In this document: in pieces, positions 12,523 to 24,600 of the stretch
Layout of the letters: each line of letters opens with the position of its first letter
Numbering within the stretch: the stretch's first letter is position 1
Assembly (NCBI GenBank): GCA_036172245.1
Contig: JAYWIR010000005.1
Location: 2,108,001-2,172,000, forward strand
Reading direction: 5' to 3'
DNA length: 64,000 bases
From: Raillietiella orientalis
Taxonomy: Eukaryota
Notes under the pieces: generated by a model
Databases searched by the model: none
Told to the model about the DNA's origin: nothing
The model's input: the letters and a program-made list of their open reading frames with translations, nothing else
Program-made: the position numbers and the translations under genes

Positions 12523-12775
12523 TCATCTGGTCACACCGGGGTGTGTCTTTTGCAAAAAGGAAAATCAAACAGGCGTGTAGATTCGTAAATCCACTACGAC
12601 TAGCGGGCCGGTTACACAGGGAGGAAAGGAGGGTATAGGGAAGGAGCAATGCATAGAGACATAAAAGGGTGGAGAGCGACAGGGGTCACCTAACACCCCC
12701 ACCACATTTTCTGTAACCTGTATGCAATGCATGCCATGCATCTCCTTCATTCTGGCATCCATCAAAGTCCGCCTA
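12523..12775 (-). mobile_element. Short LINE 3'-end fragment
   Basis: Minus strand ends ACACACCCCGGTGTGACCAGATGAAA (family terminal hairpin), preceded by a pyrimidine-rich 3'UTR. Confidence 0.45.
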
Positions 12776-12778
12776 AGA

Positions 12779-13786
12779 GACTGTGGCTTCGGTTTCCGTT
12801 CGTGGTACCAGGCGTCGCGGGTTCGACTATCTGTGAGGAATCGACACCCTGACCTACTGACGCATCTACCACTGCTGCCCTCCCTAAAAGAATTCATCTC
12901 TGGGTGGAACACCTGGACATTGCTCCTGAAGAGGCAGAAATACCTTCAGTATTTGTGAACAGCTCCACTCTTCCCCTGAAGCATTCAGCATCGCAGCTGT
13001 TGCACTGGGAGATCCATGCAACGCACGAATCTACAACTGGACAAGTGGGAGTGCAGAACCAGACTGTGCCAAGTGTGGAGAACAAGAGAACTTCCAGCAC
13101 TTGTTGTTGGACTGCGTTGCCCTGCTCCTCCTTGTTGTTGGAACTCTTCCCTGCGGCCCTCCCACTCCCGAGGGACAACGGCAGGGAGGTCTTGCAGCGC
13201 CTCTTCAAACGCAACTCGATGTCGTCTGCAGCTTCCTTTGCAGCTCCGTGCTAACTTCCTGGGATCGCGGTGGTGAGAAGACATGCAGAAAGAAACTGGT
13301 CGAACAGTGAGATCATCTCGATTGCCTGCTTCTTTGTGAGGAAGGCAACAAAATGGCCACATCTCTGCCAACAAAAGGAGGAAGCTGTCAGCATCCTCCA
13401 GAGTGTGCTGAAGACCCCAGGAAGAATTCTGTGATCCTTTCCCTTTTCCCTAACACGTTTTAAGCTGAACTTTTGTGTTTTCGTTTACCCTTTCCCCCAC
13501 TTCTCCAGTCCGTATTTCATCGGGGAGCTGCTCACGAGAGGCAGAGTCTCCGAGACATTTCCCTTCATAGTGGTCATATGAAGCCATCACGAAGGAAGAC
13601 ATTTTTTAAATCTTGTATATGACTGTTTCTGTCTATGGATATTTTTTTTTAAGATAACGCTCCGGCGTGACCGGGTGAAAATAAAAAATCGACACCAGAT
13701 AAATGGGTGAGTCGTGGGTTTCGAGTCCCCACGCAGGATGGCGCTGGTTGGCCTGTAGGTTTGGGTATGGCACTGGTTGACACCCG
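12779..13786 (+). mobile_element. SINE-like repeat copy F, split by a LINE insertion (SINE parts 12779-12848 and 13687-13786)
   Basis: First half of the head: GTGGTACCAGGCGTCGCGGGTTCGA. It continues after the insert as GTCGTGGGTTTCGAGTCCCC...GCGCTGGTTGGCCTG. Confidence 0.75.
12849..13686 (+). mobile_element. 5'-truncated Tx1/L1-like LINE with 10-bp target-site duplication
   Basis: Flanked by AATCGACACC at 12839-12848 and 13687-13696. Contains a decayed zf-RVT/CxxC..H..C region, a T-rich 3'UTR, terminal CCGGCGTGACCGGGTGA and a short A-rich tail. Confidence 0.75.
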
Positions 13787-15860
13787 TTCACGCCGGATTA
13801 TTTATTTATAAAAAATAAACATACACGTCTGTGGCAGGGCGTTTGATCCTGCCACGTTACCTAAAACTACGTGAAGGAACCTCCTGGAAGCCGGCACTCA
13901 GGCCTCGGCAGCACAAGGAAAGTGGAAACACAAAAAGCAAAATAAGTAAAACAAGAAACATACAGTTAAAAAACGAGGGAGAAGTTCGGTAAGGGATCAC
14001 TGTGTGCTGGAGGATGTCCTCTGCGTCCTTGTAAGAATGCCGGCAAATTCCTTTTTAAGACTCCCAGATGGGGCCATCTTGACGCTATCCTCATGATGAG
14101 AGCAGCAAAATAGATGGCGTCCCTGTAGTCCTGGCCTCCTCTAGCGTTGCTCCATGCAGCCACGATTCTGCGTAGGCGGCAAAGTGCTGCTAGGGAAGAG
14201 GCCGGCGTGAGGGCGTCGCGCAGGAGGCGCTTGAATATGTCTCTGGCGTTGCGGCCGTGGGTTCCAAGGGTCGCGGCGAAGCGTCCCCAAAGGGGTCGGA
14301 AGGCAGCACAATCCATTAGGAGAAGAGGGAGGAATTCCCGTTCCTCAACGGTTTCACAGTTTGGATCCACACATTCCCGTGTCCAATGATGCCGGCGGGT
14401 GATGTACGGGAGACCCCAGTGTAGCAGCATCAACTCCGACTCTAGCTACTTTAAGGGGAGAGTGGATGTGTTCATTAGCACTGGGGTCCACTGCACGTAT
14501 TTTTCCGGAATGCCTACTAGCACAACCCAGCGCAAAAGTCCATGTGGTCGAGCACTCGGCGTCCCAGTGTCGCTGAGTTGGCCCGTTTCCCAGTCCTTTT
14601 CTCCTTCCAGAGATTTCCACAGTGACTTCCCATCTAGCCGTGAGGCTGCTGCGCATGTGTTCTCTAAGGGAGAACAGCACGATGGCTTGGGGAGGGAGGT
14701 TCTGCTTGCCCATGCACTCTTCCCGGGATCCGCTCTAGCGTTATAAAGCCTAGGCCATCTGATGGCACTGGTGGAGCCGGAGATGGCTCTGCTATGGAAG
14801 GGATCACGATCTTCGGCGGTGGAGACTCCAGGAATTTCGCCCAGAGATGCAGTTCTTTCGAGCGAGCATTGGGTGTCGCTCAGTCAGTCAACTGGTCCGT
14901 GGTCCACTTTCCTACCAGTGACGTCGCACTTGCTACACGGTCGACTACCCTGCGGGCTGGAGACGGTCCTTTGTCTCCCGTAGGAAGACAGCCCTGAGGC
15001 TTGGGAGGTGGTACCGGACCCACTTCTTGTGATCTCTTCTGACTTCCTAAAGAGAGGCTGCACTAGGATGTGGATGGGGCGTATCGACTCTTCATTTGTC
15101 CTAGTGGTGCGAATCCAGGTACACAGCTCTATTTTCCCTGTACCCTCTTCCCCACTGGGCGCAAGCCACGACCCCTCTGCCTTCAATGACCAACCGGGGT
15201 GACGCATAGGGACGCGGATTGCGGGAACACCACAGAGAACAAGAGAGCGCGGACCCTATCATCTCCTTTCCCGGTTTGGTATCCAGTGGGGGCCGCTTCT
15301 CCCTGCAGAGTGCACCCTTCTTTCACCCAGCATTGCCCACAATCTCCCCCGCGTTGCCATAGTTCCAAGACGAACCTTTCGGTCCCGGGACTGACGCTTA
15401 GGTCGCAGAGTCTCCGTGTTTGGTAATTGACGTATTTCTGAGCCCGTGTCCATTCCACTTCGTCTCGCGACAGCTCACCTCCACGCCCAGAAGAAGAAGA
15501 AAAGAGAAAATGCGTGAGCGCGCGCTGCTCACTCTGACGTCCACCCTGCTTCCAAGAACCGTGTCTCTCGCGAAGGGAGCTGTGATCTCCAGAGACCTGC
15601 CGAACTCTAGGCTTTGGCCAGGAGACGCCTGTGGAAGGCCCTGGTTCGCAGCCGCGGGCGAATCAGGAGGGGCCTCAGAGAAGAGAAGGAGGCCAAGGTG
15701 CATTTCCGTAAAAGGAAGAAAGTGGGATGTAGGGAGAGGCCGGACGTCACAGGGCATTTGCTCTGTTTCAAGAGAAATGCTTGGACCGCTCTGGATTCGT
15801 CGGTGCAGAACGACGAGAAAGTGCATCATCCTGGAAAAGAGTGCTTCGATTCCCGCTGAG
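13781..15860 (-). mobile_element. 5'-truncated Tx1/L1-like LINE (RT C-terminal half to 3' end)
   Basis: CVDPNCETVEEREFLPLLLMDCAAFRPLW zinc region. The 3'UTR is homologous to 5300-5557 and 6143-6400. Terminal AATAAATAATCCGGCGTGAACGGGTG. A degenerate YADD-like site lies near 15800. Confidence 0.65.
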
Positions 15861-16159
15861 ACAGCTCACAAATCATTCGAGCACTTGCATGCGCGGATAA
15901 CGTACCGTACAGGAATGCCGCGTGGCTGTGGTGCCAAAATATGGATATTTATATGGCTTTTAATATGCACACATGCTTTAAATTGTACGGAGAAGATTGC
16001 CCGAGCATATGTTTGCTGCACCACATTCATAGCATGCTAAGATGCCATGCATCTGGTTACCGGACTTGAGTATCGGGAGAGCGGCTTAATACCATTCCGC
16101 CTCGAGTGCGGTAACGCGGCGTGACGTCACGTGCCCGATCTCAAGCACCGTCACGTTTC

Positions 16160-19100
16160 TCAGCAAAGCCGGACCTGAGGCGGGAAGGTTTTAAGCAGCT
16201 CTCCCTTGGAAATCTGAGGCTGGTCTTGCATTGCTTGCCTCCGAGAACACCTCGAGAAGCTGATGTATCCTAAAATCAGGGCAGCTCGAGGTGCATCATC
16301 AGCCCCAGGCTCCGAAGGGGCGGGCATCTTGAAAGCGGCAACCCTCCCCGTTCGGCTTCGCAGCGTGTCGTCAAAGTGCGCGATCAGAATTGTCCCCGAT
16401 CCGACCAGCGGAGGGATGAGATTGTTAACAGTCTTATACTTTAACAACTCTATTCGCATTCTCTTCACTGGGAGGTCGGAGATGGTTTCAGATGTTTGGA
16501 CGTATTCATCGATTTTCTTAAGATGCATAGGTGTGTCCAGGCCGGAATTCGACCACGATTCCTAATCCCCATCTCTTTCTGTAATAATCCTTTGAGGATT
16601 TCTATTGCTGGTGTTCCTCGCTGGGTGTTTTGCATATTTGCCCTTCTTATCATCGTTGCTGTGATCCGTGCCATCGGATCTCTGAAATAGACTCGACAGA
16701 ACTAACTTAGTTTGGCCCCGTAGCCCTTTATCGCTTTCCAGTCCGGTCGAAGCGTAGGGCAGGTGAACATATAGAGTTGTGTTTCCTGAGCTCCACACAC
16801 CTTGCAGAGTCCACATTCTCGGTGTTCCCGGTCCAGTGTTGAAGTCTGGAGCCACTTAGGATGCCTCAATGTGATATAACAGCAGGAGGTCATCCTGAGT
16901 GCCAGAAGAGGTCTCTTTTCCAGAGTGCAGTTCCGGCTTCCTGGACGTATGCGTGCGCAAGTCCGTAGCGAATCGAAGCTGCATCAAGAGCGTCGTCATC
17001 TTGATGTTTCTTCCCGATTACTTCTTTTATGTTTGCTTTGGTCATCAGCATCCGCTCTTGTCGTGGCAGCTGTTCCCAAAGCTTCCGTGTTTTGAAGCCA
17101 AGCCAAACTTTCCTTTTAATTTTTGGCAGTAGGGGTGAATAATCGCGCTTTGTAACGATTGCCACTGGTGACAAACTGTTCACAACGTTCTTTTGTCATT
17201 CTTTGCCTCTGGTGTGTGCACATGGAAGTTTCCCTTGGAACGGAGATAAAGTACAGGATTATTGGACTAATTCCTTCTCCCAAATCTTCTTGCTTTTAGG
17301 CACTATTATGAAATGGTGGAACCTCACCGGTGCCTGTTTTCTTTTCCAGGTAAGATGTGTGTTTATCCACTCTCCAGTTGTACCTACCAAGGCAGACATC
17401 AGGCCTCTCGAGTTGTTCAACAGCTTCGAGTAGGCTCTATGTGCCGCAAAGGGTCATTCGTCCCATTTTTTAGTTAGTTGCAGAAGCTGCCGCGCATCCA
17501 TGATTTCCACAAAGTGTTCTAAGGACAGCATTCCGATCCCACCTATCTCTTGAGACCGGCACAAAAGTTTTAGCCTGACTCTCAGCTTGTATTCCTTCCA
17601 TAGAATCTTCCTTTGCAGGCTCTCCATTTTTTCCCGGGTCTTTCAATTCTGCAGAAGGCAGTTCCATAGAGCATCTTGGGAAGCAGAACACTCTTTCACA
17701 AGGTTGCCCTCTGCTTCATGCTAAAGTGGTCCTGGACATACTTGGGTGCCTTCTCTTTCATTTTTCCCAGGATCTCCATCCAAAGCTTTTGCATTGCGTC
17801 CGCATCGCCAAGGTGGATGCCCAAGTATTTTACTTCTGTTACTCTGAATCCTTCCTCCGCTAATGTGGAGAGATCCAGGATTCCGATGGGTAGCAGGTAG
17901 CTTTTCTGGGGATTGATTTTCAGGTCCAATGCTTTTTCCATGCACTCGACAACACTCAAGAAGGCACGATGATCCCTCTAGTCTTTTAGGAAGAACAGGA
18001 TGTAGTCCACGTACGTCAGGTGCGTCAGCCTTTGATCGTCGACACAGATTTTTTGGAGGCGGCTGCCCTGTTCGATGGGCGTCGACACCCCTTCCATATA
18101 CAACACGAACAGCATCGGACTGAGGGCATCGCCTTGACGAATGCCCTTCTCTATCCGAATTGCTGCCGTCTCTATACCTGGACTTCTTGTTTTTCAAGTA
18201 TATTCTCCACATATTGGCTGAAGTAACCTTGGGAGGCCCAGTTTCCTCAGGATCTTCGGAAGCATTTCGTGGTTCACAGTTTCGAAGGCTTTCTCCATGT
18301 CAGTGAAGTCCAGCACTAGGTTTTCGCCGACGTATCGGCAGCACCCGATGATGGGCACACCTCACGTTCACGGAAATGTAGCGTCCAGGCACCACACTGC
18401 ATGGGAGAAACGATCAATTCATCTTGCTTAAGCGATTAACCCAGATTTTCGCCAACTACTTTGCAACTGTATTGAAGATGGAGATGGGCCGCCATTGGGT
18501 GACCTTGGTCAGATCTCCTTTCGGCAACATCCTCATCCTGCCTTCATGAAGTGATGTGGGGAGTCTTCCTTCCTTTCCAATAGCCACTGTAAGCTCATGA
18601 CGCAGGCGCAAGTAGGCGTGCACGTATCGCTGATAGTATATGATGAGAACACCATTAGGTCCTGCTGTCACATCCTTGCACAGTCCTGTGAATGCATTCT
18701 TTACTTATTCTATTGAAATTTTGTCTTCAAGATTTTGCTGTTGATTTCTGTTTAGTCACCTTTGCAGTTGGCGGAGAACATTCTCCTATTCTGTCGGGCA
18801 CAGATGTTGGCGCTAAAAGTGCGGGGCGCAGTGGTGGAAGAAAGCCTCTGCAATTCCTTCTGGCGTGTGCCAGAATTGGTTTTCGTAATGGATGCAGAAG
18901 ACAAGAGTTGAAGACATGAAGACATGTTCCTCTTTTCTAGCATTCCAACTTCCCCTTCCAAACTTTTGAAGACGTATCGTCTCTCGTACTGTTCCCAGTA
19001 CTTTGAGAAGGAGCGATCTTGGATATTCAGCTCCCGATATGCTTCCAACCACATCTTGTTTCCGAATTGTAAGCTGGTAAACAGATGGACTGTCCGCTTC

Positions 19101-21490
19101 AACTTGTCCGAGTCAGCGGCTCTGTGGAAGTTGTCCCGCAGAATTGCGTCGATAAGTTCCTGATGACAGGAATGCATCTCAAACCAGGAGGGCATGCAGA
19201 TAAGCGCAACCCTTGCGCCTGCCTTTCTTCGATGATTTTCTGTCCGTAGAGTGAACCATAGCAGGGTGTGGTCCGAGAGAAAAGATAGAATGTCTCGGAA
19301 GCCTTGCACACCATTCGTAATGTCCTGGCTATAGAGAATGTGGTTTATTGGTTTGTATCTCGCTGTGAGCCATATCAGCACGAACTCTTCAGAAGCCGCC
19401 GATATGCTGCTCTTCCTCTCTCATCTGAGTGATGATGTTCCGTATGTTTAGGTCTCCCATGATGATTACGATGTCCTTGTTTCTCAACAGTTCTTCTACG
19501 ACCTCCGCGCATCGATGTTTGCCTCCATGTGGCCCTTACACATTCACCAGAAACAGGTGAATGCTTCCGGACCAGGACATCGGAGCGCCAATGATACCTC
19601 CAGGCCACGGAGAGAAGACTTTCAGGACTTTGTACACAGTCTCGTTCTTCATGAGTACCGCCACATCTTTGGTCTTCTTCTGGCCCGCGCTCAGGAACAG
19701 TTGAATGCCCAGTGGTTGCTCGAGCTCCAGGATGACTAGGTGCCCGTTTCCTACAGGCAGGCGATGTGATCACGTTCGATGGTACTTGTGACCAAACATC
19801 TCTTGTTCTGGTTCCACAACACATGTACATTCCAGGAGACGAACTTGATGCTCTTGGTCGTTGACAGGAAGGTGTTCATTGGGAATTATTTGTAATATCT
19901 CCCCTTCCTATTTCGTTTCTTTTGAGGGGGCTGCGGTGTCGTCCTCCTCTCTATTTTGTTTTCCCCTTCATCACTTTCGGACTCAGGGTAATCGTTACTG
20001 TTTGCTGAGGCTGAGGGCACTGACTGCTTGCTTGTCATGCTACCGTACTTCCTCTCTACTCCCAGTAGCGTGTTTTCCAGAACAAGCCGATGCTCATCAT
20101 CGGAAACACGCTCGTTAATTACTACGGACACGTTAAGAATACATTCAAGGGGCTCCTTTTGTTGCTCCATGCTAAATCCTGGTTGCACATCTTGTTCAAT
20201 TTCCTCTATTTCCTTCTCTGTCTACGCAAATTGCGCAAACTCCTCACTCGGCACGGCAGCACCCGCCAGCTCTTTGGAGGTTTTTTGGGCTTGTTGCCTC
20301 AGCCTTCTTGTTTCTCTTCTCCTTTTGACCTCAGTAGATTCCGCCGCTGTGGTGGCGGTTTTCTCGATCAAAGAAACCTTCTTCTCCCTGATTTTTTCTG
20401 TTGCCGATACTTCATGGAAGGTCGTCAGTCTCTGGATCTCCCTCCAGTTCGCGTACCGCCGACACTGCTTCTTAGCGTGCCCGGGCATGCGACAAAAGTA
20501 ACTCAGCATCGGCTGGTTACACCCCTTAAGAAAGTGGCCCTTCTGGCAGCACCGGTAACATCGTGCCCTGGGGTGCGTCCCGACACGATGCCCGAATACT
20601 CTACAACCAACGCAGAAAACAGGCTGCTGCCTGTATCTGATTCGAAATACCTTGGGAGTAGGCATCGATATTGTCCACTCCCGGAATCTTTGAATCATCA
20701 GATATTTTTATCTGGGCAATGCCTTCCCAGAGAAGATCTTTCCCATGTGGTTCCTGAATTCCACATGGATGACCTCTTCGAATTAAGAGAGGTACTTCCA
20801 TATTGCTCTATTCTCAGGTGTGAATACTTATTATTCCTTGAAGGAATACGATAGTGGTCCAGCTTTCACCGATGCAATGCTACCGACCTCCATTAATACT
20901 GAGTCCTTGCTTAATGAGTGAGTCAATGAGCGGCTCGCACGATGTATGAATCATGAAGCCCTTTCCTAATGATGACCTCTTAAATCACACGGAAATCCAC
21001 ATTTTTTAATGCAACGCTATGTAAATTTCTTTCACGTTGCTTATTCTTAGGTTTCCGATCTTAAAGTTCATTTCCTTGATCTCCGGTTCAACTTTGATCA
21101 TCGGAACGTCTTCTCGTTGAATAATGATCTCCAGCTTCACTGAGACCCTTTTGTGTGCCTGCGGCACACCCGAGAAACCACCATCCGTTGACGTCTGATT
21201 CAATTGGGGTGTAGCCGCTATCACAGCTGCATAGAGCAACGACTGTTGTGTCGTGCCTACTGCCCATGCTAGTGTGAGTCCTTCATGGGAGGGGCCGGAT
21301 TGACACACCTTCATGGGCGTAAAAGTCGACCTCGGGTATCCCCGAATTCTACGGGTAGATTGTTCACCGGCCCTCTATGGGTTGATAATGGCAACAATTC
21401 ACAGCAACGCTTCCTCAGACTACTTGTCCTGGTATATCGTGACCAACATCGCCTCGAAGCCTGGTGAGTATGTGATAAGTGAGCCATCAG
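16160..21490 (-). mobile_element. Near full-length, inactivated L1/Tx1-clade non-LTR retrotransposon (ORF1 zinc knuckles; ORF2 APE-RT-Zn)
   Basis: ORF1: LLYAAV and three CCHC-like knuckles (CVGCRVFGH; CYRCCQKGHFLKGC; FCRMPGHAKKQC). ORF2: SIKFVSWNV (~19850), SDHTLL (~19270), GPNG, WRPISIFNT, DMEKAFETVNH, GIRQGDALSPMLFVLYME, LTYVDY (decayed YADD), VKYLGIHL, CKVCGAQETQLYMFTCP. Many stops and frameshifts. Confidence 0.9.
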
Positions 21491-21622
21491 CAAGCTGTGG
21501 GGTGAATTTATTGAAACAAACTTTTAACTTTTAACAAACAACTATCAGTCTTTTCTATCCTTTCCATGTTTTCACTCCTAACAACTGCACTGGTTTTGCT
21601 TTCCACTGTCCACTTCACTTTC

Positions 21623-24600
21623 TCACTTTTGCGTCTTTTGAAGTTTGGTTTCAGGGTGGGCAGCGGATTGTTCCTTTTGTCTGGGCGTAGTCGTCAATCT
21701 TCGTGAGGATGTAGCGATACGTCCAGGCTGAGGCCTTCCGCAGTTCCTGAAACAAGAACGTTTCCGTTCCCCTGAAACAAGTCTGCCAGGATTTCCGTCT
21801 TCTTGCTTCTCTGCAGGCCGGTCGGTGCCTTCATCGCCTACCAATCAGGACGCAGAGTGGGCCATGTGAACACGTGGAGCTGCTTTTCTTCCGCTCTAAC
21901 GCCTTGCAGAGTCCGTCTTGGATGTTCTCGGTCCAGTGTCCCAGTCTGGAATCACTCAGGATCCCTCCGTGATAGAACAGGAGTCGTCCTGGGTGTCCGG
22001 ACGAAGGTCACTCCTCCAGAGTGTAGCACCTAACTCACAGGCAGTAGCAACTAGCAGGCATCCAAAAGTGAGATCTAAAAATACACGACATGCGGATTAA
22101 AACTGGCCTATCTGAAGCCTGGATACTTGTAGCTGCAAACCCACGCCTGAAGCGAGACGGTTTTGAGTGGAGCACTCTGTCTCACGTACTGCACAGACTT
22201 GAAGGCAACATACAGTGTACGACACATGTAGTTATGATATGCAATACTATGCTGCACTTGCCTTCGAGGAATGCAGAGGCGCCTGCTTGAGAAAGCAGAC
22301 TACACCCCATCCAGCATCATTTTTTGGAGAAATTGACAAGTTTTCTTCTTTTTTTTTTGGCTTCCTCTCACCCCAAGGGAGTGTGACTTTGCTTGAAAGC
22401 ACGCAAAGAATCCGTTTGTAGTTCATCTGAGGGTTTTCCCCTTCTCCCTGGATGGCCCCTTTGCCACTCTCCGGACCTCCTGTAGTCTGGAGAAACTCCA
22501 ACGATTTCTTTACAGCTTCCTTCACGACTCTCAGGATCCTGCCTATTAAGCTGAATCACGAAACTGCTCGTGAGCTCATAAAAGCAATAAAGCCGAAGCT
22601 ACTAGTGCTCAATTTCAAAGTCCCAGGACTCCAGGTACACCATTTCTTTTGCGAGAATTTGCTCTCCTCGCACTTTGTTTCGTTCACCTAATGGCTTGAG
22701 AAATCCACGGTGTCTACCCAAGCATTCTTCATACCGTTGCGCAAAGCACTGCCAGCAAATTCAAAGCGTCTGCAGAAACCATTTTCTTACCGTGAAGGTA
22801 TTGCCTATTCGCTTCGTGGAGGAGAACATGTCCATCGGAAAAAGGACGTACCAATGCGAACTTATTAAGAAAAGAGGCTGGAGGTTGGGATCTGGAAGAA
22901 GACCAGCATCAGAGATCATGTGCGGCCTGCAGTCAGAAAGTTGTACCTCTCTGCCGTGGTGAGGTCTGGTACAGGGACCGGTTGTTCGACCCGTGGTTTC
23001 AAAAATTCCTGGACGGCCACCAGTGCTCTTCCCTGCAGCCACACAAACAATCAGGAGTGAAAGAACAAAACGGGTTCAGCTTTAATGGCGCTTCATCCTT
23101 GCACGATACATCCACCTAAAGACTCCTTCTTGCTCACTGGGCACTCTCTTCTGGCGAAGCAGATCCTAGAAACTGCAAAGCAAAAGGCACTCTGGAAAGC
23201 TCTCGATTTTCTGGTAGCGCACGAGGTGGACACCAGCTGAGGGCAAGCAGCGTCGCATCTCAAGAGGAAAGTTCGCCCCCTTCATTGACACAGATGAAGG
23301 AACACTCTTAAACAAATGTTCCCAGTAATCACGAAGAGTCGTTTCCAGACCTTGGAGGAGCGCAGCAGGCACATGTGTTCCATCGTGAGATTCATCGAAG
23401 CACTAGGCAACAACACCTCGTTATCGGGTATTTCCTTATGCAACAGTTGTCTTCCGTTTCTTTCTCTCCTTTTCAAATGCACGTCGGGCGAAGGAGATGG
23501 CATGGTTACCGTGGATCCAGCCCTCCTGGCAACACCAAAGGAGTCCTCAGGTTCAGGAAAGCGTGGGAGACGATGTGTTCACCGAGGCACATGCGCGTTT
23601 CCGGCATCCGATTGCGAACAAAGATGAAGAAGAGGTTGCTTAAAAGGATGGCGATCGAATCCGTGGTGCTGCAAACGCCCTCGGGAACACGCCGAAACTG
23701 TCGAGTTCAGACGTGACCAAGCCAAAGTTCGCGTGATTCAATACCTGATTAGAAGCCACCCGAAACGTCTGCCCGTCGTCCTCCGGTGGCAAAATTTGAG
23801 ACACGCGGAGCAGAGGGAATTTCGCTGTTCTTCGAAAGCATTTCTTTCGAGCTGCATGCGCCCACCGTTTCTGATTCTTCTGTAGCACCATCCCCGTCCC
23901 ATTAGCATTCACAGAGCTTTTCATGACAGCCATCATCCCAGAGCCATCTCGCGTCCTCTGCGAACAGATGATTCGTGAAAATTACGATACATTCATGTAA
24001 TTCCCTGTTTTCCCTGTGATAAGAATGCAACAATAAATTCCTTCTCATTTATTATTGGTTGCCATTCAGTAAACAGAAAATCAATGAGTTTGTCATAAGG
24101 AAGATAATTGATACTGCAACTTATGGCAGAGCATAGAAAAGAACTTGGGGGGAAGCGAAGATATAATCGCATTCGGATGCAGTTTCGATGTACTTCCTTT
24201 GACATTTTTGCAGTTTTTTTCTTCCTTCCTTTTTTCTTTTTTTTCCGCTCGCAACTCCCATCATCGTATATGGAGAGGAGGGACGGGAGAGGAAGGAGTT
24301 CCGACAATTTCCTTTGGCTGCTGTTTCGTTTTCCACCCCATGCACGAGCCAAACTATTTCTCATCGATTTGATCGTGGGTTCGGTGAAATCCTGTGATCG
24401 GGAAATCAGTTTTGTGCTCGCTCGCATCCGAGCTTTCAGTTCTTCCCGCTGCGTGGATGTGTTCATCCTTCCCTCAACAAGGGAGAGCATGGATCGTAAA
24501 TAGGAAGATGCCCGCTGAAATAGACGCGAGGAGAGAAACCGCCGCTCGTTCGTTCAGGCGCACGAATTGCTTTCAGAGGAAAAGAGGCTCTTCCGCGAGC

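Noticed and set aside
20090..20854. 254-aa plus-strand ORF
   Set aside because: It is the antisense shadow of LINE ORF1.
22180..23050. Assigning the pseudogene to ICE1 (little elongation complex) on the basis of LPWG/YLH resemblance
   Set aside because: Only a few residues of remembered similarity; not supportable without a search.
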